Below are positions 40,601-55,200 of a stretch of 64,000 nucleotides of DNA, in pieces. The notes under the pieces were generated by a model, which was not told the origin of the DNA, did not search any database, and saw only the letters and a list, made by a program, of their open reading frames with translations. The position numbers and the translations under genes were made by a program. Position 1 is the stretch's first letter. Each line of letters opens with the position of its first letter. The stretch comes from Tubulanus polymorphus (taxonomy: Eukaryota > Animalia > Nemertea), in NCBI RefSeq assembly GCF_964204645.1, contig NC_134026.1:19688150-19752149 (forward strand), read 5' to 3'.

Positions 40601-43600
40601 CTCTCTTAGTATAGATTTTCAAGTCATCGTTCAACCAAATAGCCAATATCGATAATATAAGTGTTTACAGTCGAATCACAAATTGATTTGTTGGGCAATG
40701 GCTTGGTGCATGAACTTGCTGCTATCGCATCATTCATCCGTTTTCTGTAGCGGCATTTGCGCAAGATTCCAGGCTTAGGATGTACCATACTAATAGCCAC
40801 GTTCGCAGGAGATCGATTTTGGCCCTGAACAACTATTCGCATGTGTCCCATTGGGCCCGTGCCTGTTTAGCTGGACCAAAACTTCGAAACCAGACATCCG
40901 AGCATTTTTGGCATGGAACAACTGTTCACATGCGTGCCATAATTGGGCGCATGCCTGTTCGGCTGGACCAAAACATCGGACCAGGCAGGCCCGATCAAAT
41001 CTTTGTCACAGGTCAAAATTATTGCGTGTGAATTGCAACTGGTTCCGTAAGTGGCTCACTTCACTTAAACATTGTTTAGTATCAAGTGAGTGCTTGGTTT
41101 ACGTGTGAAGGTGCTCTCTGATTAGGCACGGGCCAAAGTTGACTTTGCCCTATCCGGGGCAATTTGGCGCGGGCCTAATTGTCTGTGTGTGATTGCAGCT
41201 TATGCGGTGCCGAATTTGCCAGAATGCTTCGTTTGCAGAGCGAGTTGCATTCACATGTGATTCAGCATTAAGTAAGCATACTCTCCTGTTGTGTACATTC
41301 GGTGTACAACTGTTACTAAGTTCCTGGCTAACGTGGGTGAAAACATGGTAAAGTAAGCGTCAAACCAAGCGACTACCCAGTGTTTTCAATAAGAAATTAG
41401 CAAGCCAGGTCCCTTTGAAAAACAGGAGGGTCCCATAATATGTCACAGTCCCGGAAATGAAAGCTGGTTTGAAAAAACAGGCGGGTCCTTTACAAACGAC
41501 AGACGGGTCTGGGACCTGGGACCTGGCTCATATTGAGAACACTGCTACCACGTTTTTTGATTGGTCAGACGTTTCCAACAAGAAAATTAATTTTAGAAAA
41601 TTATTTGACGCCTGCGAAAAAAATGTATAATTTCTGGGCTAAGCTAATGTGGAATTGCAAATTTGAAATCGAAGTTTTAAGAAATTTGGGGAATGATGAG
41701 ATTTGGCGATTGGGTAGATGATACAGCGGGTCTTCGACTCTAGTAGTGGTTTAAATTTTTTATTGAAAATTCTCAATAATTGATCGCGAACTTGCGACCG
41801 ACTTCATTTACTTATGCCTCTAAGCTGGTCTGCAAATTCATTGCCTCCGTGGTTGAAGAACGAGCTCTTCTGATGTCTGCTTCATCATGACTTCGAGCAT
41901 ATCGTGTGGCCTAGCCAGCCGGCCCTGGCCACCGGGGTTTGGCTGTCACTCGATATCCTAGAGTCTTGAGTCTGGGTGGGTTGAAGTAGACATTGTCATT
42001 TAAAATAACATGCTTATGTTGTATGAATTACCCGTGTGTCATGAATGTTGTATTAATTTATTTTAAAATTTGTATTTATTGAATTTGGGAATTTTATCCC
42101 GAAATTTCAATGTAATAAGGATCAATAAAGAATTGAATTGAATTGTCACCTAATACACATGCCATCAGAGGACGCGGAGCCGTATATGAATGGTGTATTA
42201 ATTTATTTTAAAATTTGTATTTATTGAATTTGGGAATTTTATCCCGAAATTTCAATGTAATAAGGATCAATAAAGAATTGAATTGAATTGTCACCTAATA
42301 CACATGCCATCAGAGGACGCGGAGCCGTATATGATAGCTATGCTATTATAAATTTCTAATCTCACGAAACCTGCATACTCCTTATATCAAACATATTTTC
42401 TGAAACGTTTGAATATTGAAATTATATGTTTACACATTTTCATATTGACCGCTCGTAGCCGCTGATAAAATTCACGCCGGCCCTACACACATCGTAGATA
42501 GCTTCGTCATTCCACCGGCATGCCCACGTCAGGGTCTGACTTTTATATCAGACTTCCAAATCGTGTATATATCCGCCATTTAACCGAATAATCCGATTTA
42601 CTTATCATTTCTATTTATGCCTGCCGCTTCTGATATAATCATACATCCTTTACTATTACAATACGTCTTCTAATGATATTCAATGCAATATAACATTTCG
42701 ATGTTCAAATATAGGTCATTATATAATCACAGGAAGCCATTCTACATCTATGTCAATAATATTTTGCCAGATAGCTTATTTGTGTACACATAGACCTGTG
42801 ACGTTTTGCACATCGATTTACGGCTGTCGTTTGTAAAATGACGCTGAATGGTTAACATTGTTTAGGTTTCATAATGGTAACGTTTTATAAGGCGTCAAAA
42901 AAATACTATTGAAAAACAGCTGCTTTCTAGCGAGCACCAAACATCCGAGGTCGACTGTGGGGGACTGGGGAGTACAGAAAATGTTACGAAATCTTGATGA
43001 TGCCTTCGGGCACACATTTTGTGAAATCCAAGAACCGCGGAATGTCAATGAAGATTAATCTGCTTGCAAACATGAATAAACCTCTGCATATTGGTATTTT
43101 AAGCCATGGATATGCCACCTATAGAAAGATCGACATCTCAAAATCTAATGAACGCATTCAACCATTTTGTTGCCTCAGAGTGGCTTCTTACCTTGAATTC
43201 AAGGAAAAGTCAGGGAATAATCTTTTGTTTAAAAAAGTCGAGGCATTTTGTGAAAAAGCTAAAAATCAGGGTAAAGTCACAGGGAGATTTCTTGCTAGAT
43301 GGTGTGTGAAAAAGATTTCCAATTGATTGATTGTCTTAATTGATTGCATTCTTAGTAGATCAATTAGTCATGGAAAACGATTAACGTATCAGGGGAAAGC
43401 AAGTCAAATAAAAGTGGCCACCCTGTAAGAACTGTTATCGAGCTGCCTTGTGGCTATATTAATTAACATACATTTCTCTCTCGTTCATTGCAGATATTGT
43501 TTTGCACGTTAAACACACACAAAGTGGATATGAATAAGTTGCTCGGCGGTCAGATTGCATTGGACGATTTCATATTCGCGCATGTGAAAGGACAAGCGAA

Positions 43601-46600
43601 GGAGATCGAAGTGTCGAAGGCCGAGGACGCGCTTGGCCTGACGATCACGGACAACGGCGACGGGTACGCGTTCATCAAACGCATCAAGCCCGGCAGTATT
43701 ATGGACAAGATCGATCTGATCTGCGAGGGCGATCACATCGAAAAAATAAACAACAAAGAGGTGAATAATTGCCGGCATTACACGGTGGCGAAAATGTTAA
43801 AGGATATCAAAAAGGGCGAAACATTCACTATTCGACTCGTCGAGCCGATGAAAAATTCACTGTGTAAGTGTTTTTGAAAATTTTTAGAAATTCCTGTCCA
43901 GTGAGTTGAATACGAGGCACGCCAATCTAGTGCATCTACATTTTGGTGCAGTGTATCGTTAGTTACTACTATTTCGGTACGTTTGACTGCTGTAGGTGCT
44001 GCCATCTTTCATTAGAGATAAAACAATGCAGTGTACTAGCAAAGTCCATCACTGATTTATACTCCGCACTGCGTTGTAGATGTACTGAAAGTGTTAACCA
44101 TCGCATAAATACTGCGGTCACCATACATTTTTAATTTTCACAATGTCAGTTATCCACTGGTTAATTTCTTCTTTTTTTTGTGAAAATAGGGATGATTTTC
44201 TTATTCATTTGATTCATTGATTTTTTCAAAATGTATACTTATCTGGTGTGTTCGTAAAAACCTACCAACCAACCGTTCACCTAGCCTCTGCGTGCACTTA
44301 GCTGTCAGGGATGGCTCCGTGGATATCCAAGTCTTGGCAATCGGATAAAACAAAGTCGATGATTACTGAGTTGATTACTCCGATTTTTGGAGGTCTAGTT
44401 CTATGAGAGAACATCATTGGCAGTGCTTTATTGGCAAGAGACCACTGTCTCCCCCGGCAGGGATTCAAACATGGCATCAAGACTGCCACGGTATGAAACC
44501 CTGCCACACGAGTGCGCAGCTACAGCTTAGAAATGTCATTATTCGCCAATCAGATTTATTTTAACCTGGGTTTTCCCATTTATTGCTCTGGTAGGTAAAA
44601 AATTTGCTTCAGCAATTATGCAATTAGCATAATTGCTGAAGCAGATTATGCAATTAGCAATCTGATTGGTGTTGCAAGTTTTCGTGCGGTAAACCTTCGC
44701 CTGTACCCAGGCACTCGGTCTAGTGTGGCAGGGTTTCGTACTGTGGCTTAGTTGAACGATGCCATCAGGTTCAAATCCCTGCCGAGGGAGGGTGGAGAGA
44801 CCGCTGCGCTTTGAAAAATTAAGTATGCATTCGTGATAGATTGTAATGATCGTGACTTCTTTACTTTTGAACAGCATATATCGGGCCGCCTTCTTCAAAG
44901 CGTAGAGGTGCCCCGAATCTAGGAACCGGAAAGGCCACTATTCGTCTGAGAGCAAATGGTAGCGCAAGTATGGAAAATGAGGTACGTATCGATTATTCGC
45001 TGACACTAGAGGATGTTTCTGCTGCTATGGACCATGATTGTTGCTCCAAAGTCACCCTCCTAACCAATTGATGAAACGCAATGTCTATGTTGTGACGATG
45101 TATAGAGAATCCCATACTAATATAACGAAAGATAAAGTCTGAAAAGTTTCCTTTCAGCTATAAATTTATTGATCCAACGTTTCGACTATAACCTAATAGT
45201 CATATTCAGGAATCACCCTCCTTTTTAGGGACTGTGCGGAGCCCCAGCAGGCCATTACGTTCACTTGTTGTTATCCATCAGTCGCTTGGCAGAATCTGGT
45301 ATTTTTGGAGACTTTTCATTATGCTTTGATGTATGATATTTGGTTTATGTATGTATCTGCCCTAGATGTGTCTGCTGCCTGAATGCTGGGCCGATTGGTA
45401 TCTATATGGCTGGCCTTTAGTCAATTTTGTTTTGGCAAAATGATTTTTGATTGAAAATGAAGTTTTGATTGGAAATTTTGAAGATGCGAAATTGTCTGAT
45501 CACTCTAGAGCCAATCAGATGGCTAGCCCTCGTGGAACAGGAAAATTCATTTTATATCTTGGCACTTTTCTTTGGTAGAATCTCGAAATAAGAGATGGGT
45601 ATTTTGGGAAGAGGTCTTTAACATATCAAGCAGGTTTTCGCATTCCCAGTCAATTGTTACACAGACAGTGTGGACATCTTAGTTTCATCAGTTCTCGTAT
45701 CTAGAGAATGCCAAAGTAAATATCGAGCATAATAAAAGTCTTGATATTCAGTAATAGTTAGCACTGTCATAACCGTAGGACTCATCTCGCATGGAATTGG
45801 GGCTTCGCAGTGTATTGTTCAAACCACTGGGGAAATTTAGATATTAATTGAAATGTATCAAATATTTCAATTTGTATTGGTGCCTACATATGCATGTTTT
45901 TGTAATCACAATCGATAGCAAAGTTGTAGTCCATGACATTGTCTAATGATTGTAAGGGCGTACTCTTTTATGACCTCCGAAGTCTCCGTCCGAAATCTCC
46001 GGTTGGCTCCACACAAAATCTGAATCACACCACCTCGACAGAAAGGAGGTTTCGGAGACTCCAAAAAGTCACGTGACCAATAAAAGAGTACGATTGGAGG
46101 CAAACGGATTCTCCGATCTGATAAAAGAGTTCGCCCTAAGGATTTTCAAGGTCATTGCGTTCCACGCATACATTCACCATAATTAGTAAACATTTCAAAT
46201 TGCCAACTTATGGGGTTATTTTTGGACTTTTCGGCCTAAACCTCATATGTAAACTAATCATTGAAGGTTTGTTTATGGATGTAACAGTATTCTGTAACAT
46301 AATACAAATTAATATCAATTGAAACGCTGAATGAGTCTTAAATATTTCTAGACTGTGTACAGCCAGAAATTAGAGTTATGAAAAATGCCGGGCACCAGAA
46401 AGTTGGTTTGGCGTTGTTAATAAAGTCAATACATCGGAATACCACTCTGGGCATTAGCACTAGCTTTTTCCCCACTTGATGGCAGAGTGAGAGCAACTTC
46501 AGCCATCAGGATTCAAGTCCATGAACACTAGTTACCAATGGCTCAAGCCACTTAGCTATAGTGCCTCTTATCAATTACCATGAGGATGTCTAAACCATTT

Positions 46601-47678
46601 GAAATGAGCTTCTGTTTTCATATTAGATTTCATACAAATCTTCTTCACTGCATTTCTACAATTCACTTGGGAATTTGATCATTCTATATGGGGAATTTAT
46701 GGAGACAGCTATCTTTTCTGTATGGGTTTTGATGTTTCATCTGCATATTTTATTCCTTTATCAAATGTTTCATGGTATATAAATATTTTTTTATAGTTTG
46801 ACAAAGCTGAACAATCAGCAATTAAGAAGATTGATGAACTGATAGAGAACTACCTGGGTGTTGCAGACGGTGTTTTAGGTAAGTAACTTCTGAGTGTGAT
46901 ATCGTTTCTTATGATATTCATAGCAAGGAATAATTTGACGGAATTAATGAATTAAAACTGAATCTGGATTGTAATGCTGTAGTGGGATGCAATGCAAAAG
47001 CAGAGACTGGTTGCATAGTCGAGGCCTTAGATATAATGCAGCAGCCTAAGTTTATTTTGGCTTAATTGCAAATCTGGACTATTTGCTAGCAAGCTTCTAG
47101 TTTTGAGAAACTCTAGAAGAGCCATCGACTGAGAAGCACTGCCACCACTATGATCTGAACCTGTTCGAGTTCTTGGTTAAGATTCTGCTATAGGGTAACA
47201 TGTTCGCTGATGACTACGAGACATCACCTAGTTCCGGTCCTTCCATCATTGCCACTGCCAGCCATTATCATAGCTGATCCTGCTTCTTATGCACTTGTTT
47301 CAATTTCGCAGTCTGGCAATCGGAATGATAGAATTCCTGATTGTTGGCGATGTGAACAAAACGTGTAAAAGCATTGAAAATGAACTGATTTTTATGTAAG
47401 AAGTGTAGAACTACGCGGAATACTGTGATGGTTTAAACCGCTCGGCCACTGCGAAAAATCGTTACCTGATCTTGTTGTTAATTTCAGCTCAAAGTATATG
47501 GGAAATCGGCAAGTCGAAGGATAATCCGAGTCAATTCGCGTTGGAGGTGGACAACAACTTCTCGGAGTTCGGCTTCTCCGACGAGATCGTGTTCGACATC
47601 TGGGGCGCTATCGGCGATGCGAAAAGCGGCCGACTAGCCGCTCAAGACGAAGCGATCGAATTCAACGAACAGTTTTAA
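34609..47678 (+). CDS. GIPC: GIPC PDZ-domain adaptor protein, 5 exons
   Basis: Exons 34609-34926 ([27 protein letters not shown]), 43494-43863 ([13 protein letters not shown]...[23 protein letters not shown]), 44875-44981 ([14 protein letters not shown]), 46797-46878 ([14 protein letters not shown]), 47488-47678 ([19 protein letters not shown]). Intron phases are consistent. Confidence 0.96.
41378..41544. mobile_element. Small MITE with CAGTGTT termini and apparent 5-bp TSD CTACC
   Basis: CAGTGTTTTCAATA ... TATTGAGAACACTG, with CTACC immediately outside both ends. Confidence 0.55.
42041..42334 (+). repeat. Near-perfect 145-bp tandem duplication containing a LINE-like 3' tail (AATAAA-(GAATT)n)
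   Basis: Copies start at 42041 and 42186; one visible mismatch. Confidence 0.85.
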
Positions 47679-48619
47679 CACGCAGCTCTCAGTTGTCGTT
47701 TCGCTCGCGCTCGTCCTCCGTCTGAATGAAGAATCGGACGTTCTTGAATAATGATAGTTATGATGTTAATAGAGAAAGTAACGATGATTGAAAAATGGCC
47801 ATTCGATAATTATGTGATAATAATGACGCAAGGTCCACTGTTCCATAATATATATACCTTGCCAAATCGGGGGAAATCTATCTAAAACCATCTTTAACCG
47901 TCTTGAAATGAAATGAATTGCGAGTTCACTACTGAATCATAAACTATGGCTATATTGCCGTACTGTTTGTTCTTTTTTGGCCAGGTAAGATATCTATGGA
48001 ATTCTTACACCTAGTATATGCGATGAAGTGGTATAACCATAGTTTACTGTATTGGAAAATTGTAGCTCTGTACTCTGTTGGCTTCGTGAACATAAAAGAA
48101 ACGTGGCCCTACAGGAGGAACATGGCGCATACCAAATATACAATGCTATACCATGCACGAAATACTTCTATGAACGGGAAGTCTTCAGCCTTGGACGTAC
48201 TAGCCGAATTTCGCTGGAATTCATTTGGGTCTGTGCTGAATATCAAATGGATAAATACATGCATATGAGATACTCTTTCTCGACGTCTGGTTTTTGGTAT
48301 TTATCTGATTGCGTTAAAATGGAATGAATGCTTGACTGTACGTATAGAACAAGTTCAATTCAGGGGAGTGCCGATTTAGCGTCAGGACGTCGGACATACC
48401 AGCCTGTATCCAGTGATGAAATTCGGCTAGTGCATCTGCGGTTCTATATTCTGTTGTCCAAATTTTGTTTTTGAAAGAGCAGCACTACACGTTTTCACAT
48501 GGAAATGAATGAAATTGGTGACTAAGAATTCTTGGACGTTGATAATGTAAATGTAAAATAATTTTATGAATTAGTAATTGGGACTGATTTGCGTAGTAGT
48601 GACCTAAGTCCTAAATCCC

Positions 48620-48925
48620 GGGGCCGGTTCCATAGTCGAGTGATCTTAAATCTTAAGACTGTTCTTTAAAGTTGTTAGATGGGCTATAGAACCGAGAAGG
48701 TCTGTCTTAGACTGGTCTTAAGTCTAAGCCATGACATCGGCACCAGTCCCTGAATCTTAAGACTAGTCCTAAGCCGTTAGGTTGGCTATAGAACTAAGAA
48801 TGACGGTTGTAGATTGGTCTTAAGGCTGAGCCATGACTTTGGAACCAGCTACTGGGTCTTAAGACTAGTCTTAAGTTGTTAGATCGGCTATAGAACTAAG
48901 AATAATGGTCTTTGACTGGTCTAAC
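48620..48925. repeat. About 3 tandem ~108-bp units of a TCTTAAGAC-rich hairpin repeat downstream of GIPC
   Basis: Repeated TCTTAAGACT...GTTAG.T.GGCTATAGAAC...GACTGGTCT(T)AAG units. Confidence 0.7.
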
Positions 48926-51900
48926 CGCGCAACATGCCCCTGGGGTTATAAAATAGTTGATTGAATACCATCGCTAGCTTGGCTCTTTGTATGTCTCGGA
49001 AAAGAGCGATTTGCACAAATTTGTTGTTGAATTTGATGCACTAATTTATGTAGAAATCGAATAATTCTGCGATTGGAGGGATATGCACGCGTCTATAAGT
49101 AATTCACGTATGTGTAAAACGCGTGGGATGCAAAAATGCGGAATGGAATCCGTATTTTTAATATCCGAATTTAAATTAACATTCCATTCGTGTTTATCTT
49201 TATATTTATCACACAGTAAAGCTGTTTAATCCGTATCACTCTGCAGAGGTTTAATGAGAAATCAAGGTCCATTCGTCCATGCTTCATGTCAGATTTATGA
49301 GAATTGTTACTTTGAAGTCATTGTGGGAAATGCATAGTGAACAGAAATTCATATCGTCTTTAGCCAATAAGAAATCGTAATTCATTTATTCAATGATATC
49401 CACTGTATGTAATACAACAGGCTAACTGATTAGTTCCACAGATTTTCTGGGCGGGTATTACCTTTAAGCCGGGGGCTAACTAAATTAAAAATTTGTTAAG
49501 TTGGCCCCCGGGTTAAAAGTAATACAAGTCTGTAAAACTGGCCCCTGGTTTCTAAGTTCAATCTAAATTTCAATTCCTGTAAAATCCATGGATTATCTGA
49601 TTATCGTTAAACTCATCGGAATTGAGCGGCTTTACCTGTACATATATTAGCAAATTATACACTTATCATGTAAAAAAATTGTGTCTTTCAAACTTATCAC
49701 ATTCCACCTTTTTCCGAGCGTTACGGTCGCCTCTGGGCCGCCGTCGTAACATTGGTTTTCAATACGCACCACATGAATCTGTCCAATAATTTACTGCACT
49801 GTCCATCAGGCATTCCGTCGTCTTTAAAACCGAAATGTAGTACTTATAAAAAGATATTTATATATATACATATACATATATATTTATTATGATTATGATT
49901 ATAATTATAATTGTATGTTTATTGTGATTCTTTTGTCAGTGATCGAGCTTTTTGCTTTCGAAATGTTACTTTGTATTTGGATGTTTCGAACGCGATCTGG
50001 TCGGCAGATAGATAGCGTTTTCAAGTTCGGTTATATACATATATACGAAATTTACCAATTCGTGGAATATTTTAAATTTGAACTAACCAACTGCACATGT
50101 GTCGCAATTTTAAATCGGATGTTACGTTATGGTCAACCTACGATCTAATTGAAATTATTATCAGAGTTAACTTGTTACAGATTAAATCGCATTCCAACCA
50201 GATGTAAAGTACTACTGCGGGTAGAGTCTACTCTCATTATGGTACCCTAAAAAGAATCAATAATACTCTTGAAATCGGACTTGTTTCTAAATCGACTACC
50301 ACTATTTTTTATGTCAACTTACTCCCATTGTGATGAATTTGTACTCTGAATGAAAATATCAAGTTAGCCAGCCCTAGACTCCAAGAAAACTCGACCTTTA
50401 GATTTGTTACAAGTATGTGTGAGCGATACCGGGTGTACAAACATATTTGATGTTTAGATGAAGCTTACATTCGAATTTTTGTAATAAGCCCGCTGCTAGG
50501 TCATTTAAGGTCACTTAGTGTCCGTAACCGAGGCCCAGCTTTATTAAAAAGTTATCCTTAAATCTTTTTGTTTAGTTGCTACTTCGGGTTTTCAACGAGG
50601 ACAACAATTCAAACCAAACAGTTTAAAGCATAAACTTTAGCGTGAAACTAGATCTAGGGAGGTCCCTGCTGGAAGGAACAAATTTCATCAATGGCGATAA
50701 ACTTAACATCGTTGTTGGGACAATGAAAATTTTTTTGAGATATGAAAATAATTTCTAGTAATAGCAATTAATGTACCGGTAGTATCTTTTGAAAATCATT
50801 TCAAATGTAGGTGCTATGTAATAAGATGCTTTCAGAGGGATACGACCTGCTTGCCACTCATATAGGATGATCTTCAGTCTCATGATGAAAGCAATGAATA
50901 ATTTACATTGGATTGGTTAAATTTTTTTTGTTTTGTGTGTTCAGAATTAAATCATCAGCGCTGTAGTAGTGCCTTAAAAATCTGTTTTCATGTATACTTT
51001 AAGTTGGTGTACTTATGAAAGTGCGAACGGATTCTACATCAAAGAAATATGATGATCATTTTGTGTTGCATATCAATGTTGTTGATGATATAATTATAAT
51101 GTCTTACTTTATTGAAAATATATACGAAATGAACACATCTTGCATGCAAAGATATGTAACAGTTGCTTTATGTCTTTTTCGGTTATTGGTTCTCAGGCTT
51201 CCGTGAGACCCGTATTATCGTACTGTCGGTGTGTGTGTCTTTCGGCTACTTAGCTTTGTTGCACTATATGCTCCTGTAGTGGCCAAGCCGAGGACCATAA
51301 TGATAATAGTGGGTCGATCTTGATGAAACTTGGGTTCAATGTTAGTATAGGTTTCTAGTGGTGCACTACAAAGAATGGGCCAAGTGCACCACCTAGTGCC
51401 AGAACTACGGGTAGGCACTAAAAATTGTCAGCGACATGACCATAACCGAGAAAGGGTTGAAATTCAGTAAGTTGTCTTTACACAATTTAGCTATTGGCCT
51501 TTGATATAACATATCAAAAATGCAATGGGAACTGACGCATGATAATTTCAGAGTTTTCGCAGGTTTCCTTTCACCTATTGATGAGAGAGGCCAGTAAGGG
51601 GATCCTTTACAAGGAATTGCCACCATCAGGCTTCGTGAACGTGATAGACAAAATCAGAGACCGATGGATGGTCAATCTGCTAGGGCAGATTTCATTTTTC
51701 ATAGTTGACTAGTGGTGGGAGCCAATAACTGAACGTGCTATATAGTTTGGTCTTGATGCATTTCGCATATTCGGCCATCTTGGACATAGGTCTGAACTAC
51801 TGCAACCGTGCGCAATCCTGTGGTCGACTTTTTCTGACAGACTGACATTCTGTTTCACTTAAATTGTGACAAGCTCTGAAAACCGAAATTCGCCCTGGCT

Positions 51901-52296
51901 GATCTTTCTTTCAATTGCCCAGATTTTGTTGGATCCATGCCCTCTGAAAATTGTTGCTCTATCATAGTGGTGGCCAAGCATCTGCACCTTTTTCGACTAG
52001 AAATTGGTGTGACCTAAGGTATATCTGCAATGGATGGTATATGGTATACATAGTAATTCATTTATTGGTCAGAAAACCATTTCAACATATCTCCAAGTTC
52101 AACAGATCCCACTTGAGCAAAGCGTACTGCATCTTTGTCCACTAACAATCAAGTCCAGTAGAAAAATCATAGGCTCTTCCAATAAAGACGAGGATTAGCA
52201 ATATATACAATCTTTATTCAAACAGATGGAAAATTTACAATGTCGTCAGAATAATTGAGAGACTAGAGCTGAAAAATCTTTTGGTCATTGTTTTTG

Positions 52297-55200
52297 TCAC
52301 CTCCTAGTGGATATATCTGCTATCGCACCTCTTTCTGCTAGTTTTTTCAGAATGTTGGCGATATTTCTACAGTCGTCTGAAATTGAGAAAGTTAAAACGA
52401 TACTAATGCTACACCAGGGTGGCCACTTTCCACCCATTTACAAATTCCCAGTTTTCCCCGATTTATCCAGTTTTCCTTGATTCATCATCTATGTGAATAC
52501 AAAAAAAACCCTGAATGAATCAAGAGAAATTTCTAGGGGTTTAAAATGTTACAATTCATTCATTTTTCATCGAGTCAGATATTGATAAAGAAACACTTTG
52601 TCAATAACATATCCGAATTCCCTGAGTTTTCCAGGTTTATGGTAAAATTCGTCAAACCCCCTGAGATTTCAGTACCCTGATTTTTCTGATTCCCTGAGTT
52701 TTCTAGGTCAGTGGCCACCCTATAAAACAGACAATTCTGAGCTTTATATGAAGCTATGTACAAAAGCATATTCCTGGAGAGATGTGCTGGAGGGGGAATT
52801 GAGACAGTAGGACACAAGTTGAGGTAGTGACATCACAGAATTTAATTTTTTTAACACCCTCTACCCGCTAAGCGCCACGTAGGGCATTATAAGCGGGTTT
52901 GATGTTTCTTTTTCCCAATGGGGAGAGACCAGAGAAGAACCTTCGACCAAGAAACTCTGTCGCCACCAGGGTTTGAACCCATAAACCCTGGATTGACGAG
53001 ACCAGTGACTGGCGGCTTAACACACTCGGCCACTGCGCCTCAAAGAATTTAAATCTACATCCATTATTGCAGCCTGGTGCTTTTTCACGTGACCTCAGCG
53101 TATCGGTGGTCGAACACAATCACATGACAGACCATCAAAGTTTGCAGGAACTATTGAAGTCCACCACGGAATTACAGTCAGACTGGGATAAGTTGTCGCC
53201 AATTTTGAGTCGCAATTCGTGCATATCCTGTTCAATCTACTAAGAGTAAGACGTTAATTTGGATAAGTCGTTAACATAATATGACGACTATGACTATGAC
53301 CAGCTATGACGACTTAAAACAGTTTGACTGAAAATGTATTTGTTTATATATCAATTTTCTATACAACTTTTTCACTGAAACTCACCGATGCCACTGTGGT
53401 GTCTACCTTCGTGTTGAATTCGTAGCATGTTCAGCATGTCCATCATTCCTTTTGGAAACGTTCCCGTCACACTGGAGTAAACCTGAAAAATACACAAGAG
53501 CTCAAAGTTAGTAATCTGTTCCTAAACAAAGAATTTTGATCCGTTGAAATAGATTTCATCTCCGGTCAAGATTCCACAATGTTTTATGAAGAGTTTTTAT
53601 CTATTGATAGATTGGATATGTAGAGCTCTATACGAAGCCTAATACCAGTGGTTATTTAACTTGTTTGGATACCGATAAAATAGCCTACCTTTTTGATGTT
53701 GATCCATTGGTTGAAATATTCCGAACATTCCATATCGAAATATTCGCATTGGCTGGGAAGCCTGCAAATAAATAAAAGCGAACTTCGATAAATGTGATAC
53801 AGTAACACAGGTAGAAGGCTTCAAAAGAATGCTGTCTCTATACCAGGTTGAAAGTTTGAAAAACAAGTAGGCATAGGCCTATACGAAGTGAATAAAGGCA
53901 TACACCAGTAAACAGTAAACCCCTATTTATTCAGTGAAGGTGAAATCAGTAAACTCGGTGGGCGATTTTACTAAAATGTTTTTGGTAAACCTTCAATTTT
54001 CCTGATTCTCAGCTCGGTATCCAGCCATCTCAGCGAGCTATTTACCGTCCCAGCGCAACCGAAAAGGCAGAGTCTAATGTTACAAATGAAAGCATCCATA
54101 GGGAAACAGCTTTGTTGCCAGAAATGATTATTGAATTTTATGTCGATACAGTTTATAAAGCCCGAGCAAATCTCGAATACATGTATAAACTTTATAAATA
54201 TTGACTTGAAATAAAGTTAATAACAGGACGATAAATAGCTGAAGTAGCCCTAGGCAAAGACAAGCATTCCATGGGCTGTTTCACAGAATTAATTCATTTA
54301 AGTTTAATCAGTACCAGCATTGTGTTATTGCGGTGAATGAGATTTAGTTATTCCGCGAAATGGGCCCCAGATCTATAACACCTCTGACAAATTTTAAGAA
54401 ATGGAATACTGGGGTACGTCAAATGCATTTCAAGTTTGACTTACATTGTTTTCAGATCCCAGTCGCCACAGGTAACAAATGCAGAATTTTGAAATGTTAA
54501 ATTGTGATCACTCCTCCATTGGTCGAATTCCTGAATAAGAAGAAAAGTGAATTAAACAGCAGCTAATTCATCTCATCAAGCCACAATGCCACCTACTAGA
54601 AATCGATTTCATAGAACAAAGTTTTTCAACAACAGGCAAAGAAAACTACATGTCTTTTGACCATAACTTCTCCAAATTCTTACCTTTAAGACCTCTTCTA
54701 TATGCGGCTGTCCATCGACCATATCTTGCACAATACCAGTTAACTACAGAGAAAATATACGAAAGGTTCAATGACCTTGAGACTCAAGAAAATCAAAAGT
54801 TCCAGAGTTTGGGAAAATGAAGCAAAAAGCGCCCACGACATGCTAGGGGATGATGTAGCTAGAAAAGTTATTAAGTTAATAGGTGCCATACATTTGCGCT
54901 TAAATATAATTCAGAATTCAAAATTTTGCACCAGGATTCAAAAAGTTTTGATATAAATCATATATCGAAAAACTAGGAGTTCAGTCATGTACATCGCATA
55001 AACCAGGGAAGTGTGATGAGATGGAATACGGACGCTATTGTGCAGCTCTTGTCGAATGTGCGTTGTAATTGCCCTAAAGCCGATAACGGTTCGTCGGCGA
55101 GCGCTTTGTTACGTAATGCGCCGATAAGCGATAACCAGCGAGATCGGGAATCTCCGTAATAATTCAGTTGTTTCCGAATATCGGTTTTTCATCCCATAAT

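Noticed and set aside
52847-53041. Functional tRNA gene
   Set aside because: A/B boxes are present, but there is no convincing cloverleaf and it continues into a SINE-like body and tail.
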